The position numbers and the translations under genes were made by a program. Positions 54,716 through 64,000 of a DNA stretch of 64,000 bases are shown in pieces (the first letter of the stretch is position 1; the number at the start of each line of letters is the position of its first letter). Below the pieces are notes generated by a model. The model was given only the letters and a program-made list of their open reading frames with translations, made no database searches and was not told where the DNA came from. Source of the DNA: an uncultured delta proteobacterium (GTDB taxonomy: Bacteria; Desulfobacterota; RBG-13-43-22); NCBI GenBank assembly GCA_963711835.1, contig CAVQFQ010000011.1, positions 12,667 through 76,666 of the forward strand. The letters are read 5' to 3'.

Positions 54716-54905
54716 TCGGAGGCATTTCTGCCATCCTGCCATCAGAATTGTGTCCCGGAATTCGGGAAGTTTCTATCGTACTCGGAGGCCGGACTGTAAT
54801 AGGTGAAAGACCCACAGCTGGCAATGACCGAAAACGGCGGCGGTAGCTGAGCAACGGTGAAATGGCCATAACCGACCATTTCTTGAAGAATACATAATTA
54901 ACCTA

Positions 54906-54941
54906 GTTTCCATCCGGAAATTCGAATTTCCGGATGGAAAC
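54906..54941. repeat. Perfect 36-bp palindrome
   Basis: GTTTCCATCCGGAAATTC|GAATTTCCGGATGGAAAC. Confidence 0.85.
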
Positions 54942-55140
54942 ACCTGGATTTCCGCACGAAGCTCTCGCCAGAAACCCTTTTTCGAATCGGTCGATTTCAT
55001 CGACCTTAACAGAAGCTCGGCTGATCGGCCCCTGTACGGGGGCCTCTTGAGGAGCTCGGCGAAGCCGAGCGGACTGAGGTGGTCCCCAAAAACTGGACAA
55101 TGTGATAAGCTCTGAGTCAACCCAAAGAAAGGAATTGACC

Positions 55141-55422
55141 ATGAGCAAGAAACGTAAACAGCACTCCCCCGAATTTAAAGCAAAAGTTGCCCTGGCGGCC
55201 CTAAAAAATGAGGCAACTGTCTCCGAATTGGCCACCCGCTTTGGCGTTCATCCCACTATGATCACCAAATGGAAACAAGCCCTGGTGGAAGGGGCGGCAG
55301 AACTTTTCGACAAGGGCCAAAAGTCCCACCAAGATCAAGAAGCCCGAATCGACGAATTGTATCGTCAGATCGGAAAGATTCAGGTGGAACGCGATTTTTT
55401 AGCCAAAAAGCTCAATCTCTAA
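55141..55422 (+). CDS. IS3 OrfA (HTH)
   Basis: FKAKVALAA..ELATRFGVHP..LYRQIG..ERDFL. Confidence 0.9.
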   Translation: MSKKRKQHSPEFKAKVALAALKNEATVSELATRFGVHPTMITKWKQALVEGAAELFDKGQKSHQDQEARIDELYRQIGKIQVERDFLAKKLNL

Positions 55423-56276
55423 GTCGAAAACAACGGAGAGCCATGATCGACTTTAAGAATCCAAGATTAAGCGTCTGCAGGCAATGCCGGTTATTGAATC
55501 TCAACCGGTCTTCCGTCTATTACCAGCCAGCGGAAACCTCATCTCAGGACCTGGCCTTAATGCGGTTAATCGACGAGCAATATCTGAAGACGCCTTTTTA
55601 CGGATCAAGGTCAATGACGCTTCATTTTCGGAGGTTGGGCTATAACGTCAACCGGAAACGGATCCGACGGCTGATGCGACTTATGGGGATAGAAGCGGTC
55701 TACCCCAAACCGAAAACCAGCCGGCCTCATTCGGATCATAAGATCTATCCTTACCGGCTTAGAGAAATCATCATTGATCGACCTAATCAAGTTTGGGCCG
55801 CGGACATCACCTACATCCCCATGGCCCGGGGTTTTATGTTCCTGGTAGCGGTCATGGACTGGTATAGCCGAAAGGTCCTGTCCTTTAGGCTGTCCAATAC
55901 CCTAGACACGGATTTCTGCCTGGAGGCGTTGGAAGAGGCGATCCGCATCTACGGATCTCCGGAAATCTTCAATACCGACCAGGGAGCCCAGTTTACCAGC
56001 CGGGCCTTCACCGGCTTATTAGAACAACACCAGATTCTGATTAGCATGGACGGTCGAGGACGGGTCCAAGATAATATTTTCATCGAACGACTCTGGTGGA
56101 CTACCAAGTATCAGTACCTGTATCTGCGGAGTTTCGACAATGGTTCCGCGTTACGTATTGGGCTGGAGGAGTGGTTCCGGTTCTACAACCAGGAACGCCC
56201 CCACCAAACATTTGATATCCTAACCCCGGATGAGGTATATAATGGTTTAACTGCTCCATTAATCCAGGCAGCCTGA
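55400..56276 (+). CDS. IS3 OrfB (DDE), probably expressed by programmed -1 frameshift
   Basis: WAADITYI, NTDQGAQF, DNIFIERLW; TTTTTT/AAAAAG slippery runs at the end of orfA. Confidence 0.9.
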
Positions 56277-56463
56277 AGCCTGTAAATAAACACAAGACTC
56301 AAAGCTTATTCTCATGTTCAGGTTGTCCAACTACTGGGGTCCACCCCCGACCGAGCGGGAGGTTTCTGGTCATAGATGATGCCGGTATCGGAGTGTTCTC
56401 ATCCGGAAAGGTCTTTTCCGGATGAGAACTAACCCGGCAGGTTTGGAGGCTTGAGGATATCAA

Positions 56464-56878
56464 ATGCCCATTTACGAGTACGAGTGTCAGTCTTGCCGAC
56501 GGATCATCAGCACCCTGATCCTCAAGAAAGAAGAAGAGAAGGAGGTTCGGTGCGCCGTTTTGCGGCGGCAACCGGCTGACCCGGGTGCTGTCCACCTTCG
56601 TTCTGCACAAGACCGAGGGCCAACGCCTTCAGGACTTCGACGCCCGCGCGCCACAGTCCAATTCCTTTTACAACGACCGTCGTAACATCGGGTTGTGGGC
56701 CAAGAAGCGGGCTAAGGAGCTTGGCGCGGATTTGGGCGCCGGGTTCGATGAGGTAGTGGAGAAGGCTCGGACGGCCCGGACTCCCAGAGGACCTCAATCT
56801 CTAAATCAAGACGCAAGTCTGGGTCCTCGGAGCGAAGAACGCTCAGGTTTTGACGGACCGGCCAACAGGCCGGAATAA
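56464..56878 (+). CDS. FmdB-family zinc-ribbon regulatory protein (frameshifted; end uncertain)
   Basis: MPIYEYECQSC; continuation in another frame. Confidence 0.7.
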
Positions 56879-56916
56879 CATCATTAATTTCATAGGTATT
56901 TGGAAAGGAGGATATC

Positions 56917-58152
56917 ATGGGTATTGCCGAACTGAACCTTGATTTGACTGAAGAGCAGAAAGCCCTCCGGGATTCGTCCCGGAAGTTCTTCATGGAGGTC
57001 TGGAGGCCGGCCGCCATCGCCTTGGACAGGATGCCCCGACCCGAGGACGTCGTGGCCAAGGGGTCCGTCTTCTGGGACGTGCTGAAAAAAACATACGAAC
57101 TGGGGTACCACCGCATGGGCTTCCCTCAATTGGTGGGCGGTATGGAACTGGATCCGATGTCCGTGGCCCTGGTCACCGAGGCCATGGGTTATGCCTCGCC
57201 CGGCCTGGCCGTGGCCTGGGGGGTCTGCACTACGCCTTACAACTACGCCATGCTCTCGCCTGACCCCTCCGTGCAGAGATGGACCCAAGCCTTCTGCCAA
57301 GACACCGAGGCCAAGATGACCGGCTGCTGGGCCATTACCGAACCGGACCACGGCTCGGACTGGCTGCTCCTGGACAACGAGATGACCTCCAATCCGGCCT
57401 GCTCCCCCCAGGTGCGGGCAACACTTCAGGGGGACGAATATGTCATCAACGGCCAGAAGGCGGCCTGGGTCAGTATGGGGACCGTAGCCACCCATGCCGC
57501 CCTGTTCGTCAATCTGGACCCGGCTAAGGGGCCGGGCGCCGGAGGTATCGCCGCCATCCCCCTCGACCTGCCCGGCGTCTCGCGCGGCAAGCCCCTGGAC
57601 AAGATCGGGCAGCGGGACTTGAACCAGGGTGAAATCTTCTTCGATAACGTGCGGATCCCCAAATCAATGATGGTGGTAGCCGATCCGGAGATGTACAAGG
57701 TCATGATTGACATGCAGTTGACCGGGGCCAATGGTTGGATGGGGGTCTGCTTCACCGGTTGCGCCCATTCAGCCTATGACGAAGCCCTTAACTATGCCAA
57801 ACAGCGCATCCAGGGGGGGAAACCTATTATCGAGCATCAGAATATCAAGCTCAAGCTTTTCGAGATGTTCACCGCCGTCGAGGCCTCCCGTTCTCTATCC
57901 CGGCGGTCCATGATCTATAACAGCACTCTGTCGAAGGCTTTGCAGCCCCCGGCCCTCGAGTACGCCATTGCCTCCAAAATTTTCGGCACCGAGACCGCCT
58001 TCCGCACGGCCAGTCAGGCCATCCAGATTTTCGGCGGGAACGGCCTGACCCGGGAATATGTCATTGAAAAAATATTCCGCGATGCCCGGGCGGCTATGAT
58101 CGAGGACGGAGTCAATGAGACCCTGGCCCTGGGCGGGGCCAGCCGGCTCTAG
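56917..58152 (+). CDS. Acyl-CoA dehydrogenase
   Basis: AITEPDHGSD, INGQKAWVS, YAKQRIQGGKPI, QIFGGNG, RDAR. Confidence 0.92.
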   Translation: MGIAELNLDLTEEQKALRDSSRKFFMEVWRPAAIALDRMPRPEDVVAKGSVFWDVLKKTYELGYHRMGFPQLVGGMELDPMSVALVTEAMGYASPGLAVAWGVCTTPYNYAMLSPDPSVQRWTQAFCQDTEAKMTGCWAITEPDHGSDWLLLDNEMTSNPACSPQVRATLQGDEYVINGQKAAWVSMGTVATHAALFVNLDPAKGPGAGGIAAIPLDLPGVSRGKPLDKIGQRDLNQGEIFFDNVRIPKSMMVVADPEMYKVMIDMQLTGANGWMGVCFTGCAHSAYDEALNYAKQRIQGGKPIIEHQNIKLKLFEMFTAVEASRSLSRRSMIYNSTLSKALQPPALEYAIASKIFGTETAFRTASQAIQIFGGNGLTREYVIEKIFRDARAAMIEDGVNETLALGGASRL

Positions 58153-58161
58153 GGAGGCAAC

Positions 58162-59574
58162 ATGAAAGATCTGGCGAAACTCAGTCTGGTTAAACTTGCT
58201 GAAGCGATAAAGAAAAAGAAAATTTCTCCTGTGGAGCTTATGAAAGCAACCCTCAGGCGGATCGAACAAACCAATACCGATCTTAACACCGTCGTGGCCA
58301 GGTATGATGAGAAGCTCCTTCTTTCTCATGCTAAAAAATCAGAAGGAAGGGTCATGCGGGGGGAGGCCAGGCCCCTGGAAGGGATTCCCCTGGGGGTCAA
58401 GGATCTGGAAGAGGCCAAGGGACTGGTGACTTCCATGGGGTCAATTCCTTTCCGTGACCAGGTGGCCCAACAGGACTCCACCCAGGTACAGCGCCTTCGA
58501 GCAGCCGGTGCCATCGTGGTCGGCAAAACAAACGCGCCGGAGTTCGGTTATACCGCGATTACCAAAAACCTGGTCTATGGGATAACGCGGTCCCCCTGGA
58601 ACCTGGAACACACCCCCGGGGGTTCAAGCGGGGGCTCGGCCGCCGCCTTGGCCGCCGGGGTTCTTCCCCTGGTAACATCGAGCGACGGGGGGGGGTCGAT
58701 CCGAATCCCGGCCAGTTTTGTCGGCGCCTTCGGACTTAAACCATCCTTCGGGCGAATCCCCATCGGGCCTATCGCCCGATGGAATTATGGAGATACCACG
58801 CATTATGGTGCCCTGACCAAAACGGTCGAAGATGGGGCCCTTTTTTTGGACCAGGTAGCCGGACCCTCGCCCTATGACCCGAACTCCCTTCCCGCTCCCG
58901 GCCTTTCTTACTTTAAAGCGGTAAAAAAACCTCTTTCCCAAAAATTGCGCATTGGTTTTTCTCCGGACCTGGGTTATGCCGTTGTCCAATCTGATATCGC
59001 CTCCGCCGTTGAGGAAGGGGCCAAGGTCTTTGAGCAGATCGGACACCGTCTCCAAAAGATCAAGGGAGGCCCCCCTATGCTTCTCTCGGAATGGGGAATG
59101 TTCGGAGCCTTTGAACTGGCCTCCAGGTTATGCCATCTGTTTGAAGAACACGAAGAGGAATTCGGACGGTCTTTTCTGGTCGGGCCCAAGAGCACCAGGA
59201 ACCTGACCTGCGAGCAGTTTGGTCAAATGGAAGTCAAACGGGCGCAGCTCAATCGCTGGTGCGCGGAAACCTTTGAGAAGGTGGACCTGCTGGTAACCCC
59301 TACGGTTCCCTTCGACCCGCCTCCTGCGGGTGGACCTTTTCCGGAAGAAACAGAGGGTCGCCAACAGTTTCCGGCAGCCGTGGCCTCTTTTACCGTCCCT
59401 TTTAACCTTTCCTGGCATCCGGCGGCAACCGTTAGAGTAGGATTATCAAAGGCCGGCTTACCCATTGGACTCCAGATTGTGGGACCCCGGTTTCGGGAAG
59501 ACCTGGTCCTTCAGCTGGCCCGGGCCTTCGAAGTGGAAAAACCCTGGCACCCGAACTGGCCGACATCATGGTAG
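58162..59574 (+). CDS. Amidase (amidase-signature family)
   Basis: [32 protein letters not shown]. Confidence 0.92.
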   Translation: MKDLAKLSLVKLAEAIKKKKISPVELMKATLRRIEQTNTDLNTVVARYDEKLLLSHAKKSEGRVMRGEARPLEGIPLGVKDLEEAKGLVTSMGSIPFRDQVAQQDSTQVQRLRAAGAIVVGKTNAPEFGYTAITKNLVYGITRSPWNLEHTPGGSSGGSAAALAAGVLPLVTSSDGGGSIRIPASFVGAFGLKPSFGRIPIGPIARWNYGDTTHYGALTKTVEDGALFLDQVAGPSPYDPNSLPAPGLSYFKAVKKPLSQKLRIGFSPDLGYAVVQSDIASAVEEGAKVFEQIGHRLQKIKGGPPMLLSEWGMFGAFELASRLCHLFEEHEEEFGRSFLVGPKSTRNLTCEQFGQMEVKRAQLNRWCAETFEKVDLLVTPTVPFDPPPAGGPFPEETEGRQQFPAAVASFTVPFNLSWHPAATVRVGLSKAGLPIGLQIVGPRFREDLVLQLARAFEVEKPWHPNWPTSW

Positions 59575-59799
59575 GGGGCAGGCCCATCTCTTTACAAAAA
59601 GTTAGAGAAGACCTGCCGGTTCAAACCAATGCCGAATTAGTAGACCGATTAAAAGCAGGACTTCGGCATTAAGGGCCTGAATGACAGACGCGGCTTGATC
59701 CGGTCAAAGGTAAGGTCGTGCGCGATAAAGGGGGAAGTATCTGGTTTTTGCCGGTAAAATGCGCTATACTGAAAAATATGATGTTGATTGGTAAAGGCA

Positions 59800-60675
59800 A
59801 TGCCCCTCTCCGAAAGTAAACCCCCCTGGCTCCGACAAAGGATGCGGGATTCCGGTTCCCTGTCGGAAGTCTTATCGACCGTCCGGGAAAACAAGCTTCA
59901 CACGGTGTGCGGCGAAGCCCTCTGCCCCAACCAGCTGGAATGTTTCGGCCGGGGTACGGCCACCTTTCTGTTGTTGGGCCCCGGGTGCACCCGGCGGTGC
60001 ACCTTCTGCGCGGTGGATAAGTCGACCGTCCACCCCCCTGATTTGAATGAGCCGGTCCATACGGCCCGGGCCGTGGCGCGGCTGGGCTTGAAATTCTGTG
60101 TCTTGACCATGGTGACCCGTGACGATCTTCCTGATGGTGGCGCAGGCCATATAGCTCAAACGGTGGAGGCCCTGCGCCGGAATTGCCCCGGCGTGGGAGT
60201 GGAGCTGCTTATTTCCGATTTAAACGGCAACTGGAAGGCGCTGGAGAAAATACTTAATACCTTGCCGGAAGTTCTCAATCATAATCTTGAAACCGTACCG
60301 AGATTATATCCAGCGGTTCGCCCCCAGGCCGACTATCAACAGTCACTGAAGCTGTTGACCCTTGCCGCCCGCCATGTTCCCCCCCTGGTTACCAAGTCGG
60401 GAATGATGCTTGGACTGGGAGAGAAAAAGGAAGAAATCCTGCGGGTGATGGAGGATCTGAGAGAGGCCGGCTGCCGGATCCTGACCCTGGGTCAGTACCT
60501 GGCTCCCTCCAACCGGCACCATCCTATCGTCCGTTATCTTCCCCCGGAAGAATTTTTTGAGTATGAAGAAGAGGCCCGGGCCCGGGGTTTCTCCGGGGTG
60601 GCCAGCGCCCCGTTGGTCAGGAGCTCTTACCAGGCTGAACAGCTTTTTCTGTCCGCCCGCCCTCGCTTTCCATAA
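59800..60675 (+). CDS. lipA: Lipoyl synthase
   Basis: CGEALCPNQLEC, CTRRCTFC, HNLETV, GQYL, RSSY. Confidence 0.95.
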   Translation: MPLSESKPPWLRQRMRDSGSLSEVLSTVRENKLHTVCGEALCPNQLECFGRGTATFLLLGPGCTRRCTFCAVDKSTVHPPDLNEPVHTARAVARLGLKFCVLTMVTRDDLPDGGAGHIAQTVEALRRNCPGVGVELLISDLNGNWKALEKILNTLPEVLNHNLETVPRLYPAVRPQADYQQSLKLLTLAARHVPPLVTKSGMMLGLGEKKEEILRVMEDLREAGCRILTLGQYLAPSNRHHPIVRYLPPEEFFEYEEEARARGFSGVASAPLVRSSYQAEQLFLSARPRFP

Positions 60676-60710
60676 CCTGGGGAGGCCTCGAAACATGGGA
60701 AAAAATCAGA

Positions 60711-60848
60711 GTTCAAAGTTCAAAGTTCAAGGTTCAAGGTTTAGGAAAAATCACAACATATCTTTACTAACGGCTTCTCCGGAGAGTATCGATCGGCATT
60801 TTCCCATTGCTTTTTTCCTCTCGCCTCTGGCCTCGCGCCTCTGGCCTG
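60711..60848. repeat. Heptamer tandem repeats between lipA and lipB
   Basis: (GTTCAAR)x4 at 60711-60738 and (NNGCCTC)x~4 at ~60816-60848. Confidence 0.7.
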
Positions 60849-60863
60849 TTTTTAAGTGTTGAG

Positions 60864-61523
60864 ATGTTTCCCACCCGGTTTCTCAATCTTCCCCACCTGG
60901 CCTACCTGGAATCGCTTGAATTGATGCGAAGACTGGTGGACAAAAAACGCCGGGGCCCTTTCCCGGAAGTATTGATTCTCCTTGAACATGAACCGGTCTT
61001 GACCATGGGCCGGCGGGCGGAATCATCCGATATCCTGGTTGCTAAAGAGGTCCTCATCAAAGAAGGGATCACGGTCCATAAGGTAGAGCGGGGGGGGCTC
61101 ATCACCTATCACGGTCCCGGTCAGTTGGTGGCCTACCCCATTTTCAACCTTCGGACCCTGGGAGTGACTGTTCTCGATCTGGTAAACGGATTAGAGGAAA
61201 TTGTCCTTAATACCTTGTCTGATTTTAATATCGTCGGAAAGCGGAACGCCGGGCAGCGAGGGGTCTGGGTGGAAAGGGAAAAAATTGCTTCCATCGGAGT
61301 AGCCGTTCAGGGAGGGATTTCTTTTCACGGCCTGGCGCTTAATGTTGATCCGAACCTGTCCCATTTTGACCTGATCAATCCCTGCGGTCTAAACGGGGTC
61401 CGGATGACCTCCATGCGAAAGATCCTTGGAAGGCCGATACACACTTCAGACCTCCGGCAGATTATGGCCGGATATTTCGCCCAGCAATTTAATCTGGATT
61501 TAAAAGCAGGGTCCCTCGATTAG
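60864..61523 (+). CDS. lipB: Octanoyltransferase
   Basis: LEHEPVLTMGR, RGGLITYHGPGQLVAYP, KIASIG, HGLALN, PCG. Confidence 0.95.
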   Translation: MFPTRFLNLPHLAYLESLELMRRLVDKKRRGPFPEVLILLEHEPVLTMGRRAESSDILVAKEVLIKEGITVHKVERGGLITYHGPGQLVAYPIFNLRTLGVTVLDLVNGLEEIVLNTLSDFNIVGKRNAGQRGVWVEREKIASIGVAVQGGISFHGLALNVDPNLSHFDLINPCGLNGVRMTSMRKILGRPIHTSDLRQIMAGYFAQQFNLDLKAGSLD

Positions 61524-61655
61524 ACAACCATTGGGAAATGGGTCGTTTGATTCCCCCCCTCCCAGAGGTCTTCCTCTTGAATTGAATCCTGAACTTCCCC
61601 TTGGCTTGGTAACCCCGAGGTTTTTTGTTTTTTGCAGCCAGGGTCATTTTGAATT

Positions 61656-62496
61656 CTAAAACCCGGTGATCCCGGAATCAACGGCCAGTGTTTGGGCCGT
61701 GATATAAACGCTTTCTTCGGATAGAAAAAACAAGACCGCATAAGCGATCTCCCAAGCCGTTGCCTGACGTCCAAAAGGGATCCTGGCGACACTGCCGGCA
61801 CGAGAAGCGCGACCCGCACCGGCCGCACGACCATTAGGGGTATCGACCATTCCAGGCATGACGATATTGGCCCGGATACCTCTCCGGGAGCCTTCAAAGG
61901 CCACATGACGCATCAACCCGGCCAATCCCGCTTTGGAGGCATCATAGGAGACGAGCCGAGAGCCGGCCCTGATGGCGGAAATCGATGAGATAAAAACGAT
62001 TGAAGATCCATTCTCCAGCTTGTCCAAACCTTCCCGGCAGCAGAGCATTGGTCCTCGAAGATTTGCCGCCAAGATATCATCCCAGTCTTCTTTTACCCGC
62101 AGCTCAGCCAGTCCGGTTTTACCAAATATCCCGACCACCAGCACCATGCCGTCTAAGCCTCCTAGGCCTGACCTGGCCTGTTCGATCATCCGGGTGACCT
62201 CCTCTTCCCGGGAAATATCAGCCTGAAGAGGAACAGCTTGACCTCCTTCAGAAATGATCTGCTCAACGGTATTCCGGGCACTTTGAAGATTCAAATCAGC
62301 GACAGCAACTTTGGACCCTTCCCGGCCAGGAGCATTGATATGGCACGGCCATTGCCAATGGGCACCGTTGTGGCGTCAAATGTGCGTTGACCTCCACCGA
62401 CTACAAGAATTCTTCGGCCCTGAAGGCGACCTCTGGCTGGTGCTTCTCCCTCGGATCGGAGCTTAACGGCCGCAGATAACGTTCTTTTTCAGACAT
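61656..62496 (-). CDS. Short-chain dehydrogenase/reductase (N-terminus frameshifted)
   Basis: YDASK, RANIVMPG; upstream VVGGG..GNGRA Rossmann motif in another frame. Confidence 0.82.
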
Positions 62497-62554
62497 AATT
62501 TTCCAGGCCCACCTTTACCTTTGTATTATAAATTTTCGATTCAATCAAAAAGCG

Positions 62555-63796
62555 TCATTTCTCCATAGCGGTTTTTAGAAGACAATGCAGCAGAACGTTG
62601 CAGCCGGATTCACAGTCCTCCCATCGGGTATTCTCGATCTCGACATGACTGCGGCCGCCAATGCTCGGGACAAAGATCATCGCCGTGGGACAGACATGGT
62701 TGATGTAGCCGGCGTCATGGCCGGCCCCGCTGACCCAGAGCATGTTGGAGTATCCCAACTCGTTGGCTATGTCCAGCACCCGCTGAACCAGTTTCTCGTC
62801 GAAGGCTACATGGCTGAAACGCCAGGTCTCCTCGATTTTAATCCGACAGCCGTGTTTGGCGGCGATATTCTCAAAATCCTTCCGCAACAGATCCCCGGAG
62901 TTCTGGATAAGGTCGTCTATCCCAAGAGCGGAGGTCCACTGTAAAGTCCACCTGGCCCGGGATGACATTACGGGAGTTGGGATGGTTATGGATCATACCT
63001 ACTGTAGCCACCAGGTCCCTCCCATTCGGACCGGCAGCTGGTTGACCCTGAGAATCATCTCGGCAGCGGCCACAAGGGCGTCCTGGCGTCCCTCCATGGG
63101 GGTGGACCCCGCCTGGTTGGCCTCTCCGGTGAGGTGGATATCAAACCAGTGCATACCGAAGTGCCTTTCGGTGATCCAATGACTTTCTTCTGGACGTCAA
63201 GTACCGGACCCTGTTCAATGTGGAACTCGTAATAGCAATGGACAGGAAATTTCCGGCAAGGTGCCGTCCCCTTGTAGCCGATACGTACCAGTTCATCCTC
63301 CAGACGCTTGCCGATAATATCCCTGCGGTCATAGGCCCAATCAAGTTTGAGGTCCCCGGCCCACACGCCGGAACCCACCATGGCCGGGGCAAAGCGGGAT
63401 CCTTCTTCGTTAGTCCAGTCCACGATTACCATTGACCTCTCGGTCTCAATGTCGTTTTCCATGCAGGGTCCGCATGACCTCCAGTGTGCCCATGACCCCC
63501 AGAATACCGTCGAAGCGGCCGCCTTTGGGTTGTGAGTCGATATGCGAGCCGCTCATCACTGGGGCCAGGGCCTTGTTCCTCCCGGGTCTGCGGCCGAAGA
63601 TGTTGCCCATCGCATCAATGGTGATCTCGCAGTCGATCTCTTTGAGCCACTTTAGGAAAAGATCTCGCGCCTGCTTGTCCTCGTCACTCAGCGTCAGGCG
63701 TTGGACGCCACCACCAGGAGTGCCGCCGATTTTGGCCATTTGCTCCAGAGAGGATTGCAGCCGTTTCCCGTTCACTCGCAACTCCTTCAAATCCAT
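62555..63796 (-). CDS. M20 Zn-dependent hydrolase (N-carbamoyl-amino acid/allantoate amidohydrolase), frameshifted
   Basis: GSHIDSQPKGGRFDG, NEEGSRF, EFHIEQGP, SGAGHDA, SH..E. Confidence 0.88.
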
Positions 63797-64000
63797 CTTT
63801 AGGCTCCGTTCCTCGCCAATGCTTTTTCATAGGTTTTACATGATGCCATAAATATCAGGAAAAGGGGACCAATTTAATTGTTGATTGAAATGGTAATCCC
63901 CGATCATCAATCTTCTGCCTGACCGCTCATCTTGGCCTCCAAAGGGCCTATCTCTTCTCTTGTTTTTTCATTTTGACGAAGTCCCCGGGAAACGTTATAT

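Larger units (their letters stand above)
55075..56348 (+). mobile_element. IS3-family insertion sequence
   Basis: IRL TGAGGTGGTCCCCAAAACTGGACAA, IRR TTGTCCAACTACTGGGGTCCACCCCC, 3-bp GAC direct repeat on both sides. Confidence 0.92.

Noticed and set aside
9627-63796. Many frameshifted genes as pseudogenes or programmed frameshifts
   Set aside because: Single-base indels are scattered through otherwise intact genes of all kinds, which fits long-read consensus errors. Only the IS3 orfA/orfB shift is treated as programmed.

Overview
64-kb segment of a probable Desulfobacterota/deltaproteobacterial-like anaerobe (inferred from gene content, repeat types and moderately high GC). It carries mostly catabolic genes: two acyl-CoA ligases, acyl-CoA and 3-hydroxyacyl-CoA dehydrogenases, three amidases, several alpha/beta hydrolases, an alkyl sulfatase, DmsAB-like and GlcD/CCG Fe-S oxidoreductases, lipAB and an N-carbamoyl hydrolase. 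It also carries signalling and accessory genes: a class III cyclase-AAA-TPR, VapBC, AAA-DUF4143, and PAS-GGDEF/HD-GYP. More than a dozen genes are split by single-base frameshifts, most likely long-read errors. Highlights: (1) a complete Trp attenuator (leader peptide with WQWWW, antiterminator, two tandem terminators) driving a stand-alone TrpD homologue with degenerate substrate motifs; (2) three related leader elements (mini-uORF plus CCCCAT..ATGGGG terminator) that look like an unnamed attenuator family; (3) a ~2-kb IS1/IS1595-like element with a large Zn-finger transposase and symmetric bipartite ends; (4) a low-GC island bounded by ~180-bp promoter-containing direct repeats, with nested repeats, sigma54 promoters and an LDT-Lpp/OprI-YafK-like cluster that has integron-cassette-like ends; (5) an IS3 element and several palindromic MITE/REP-like elements. 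No rRNA, tRNA or CRISPR array was seen.
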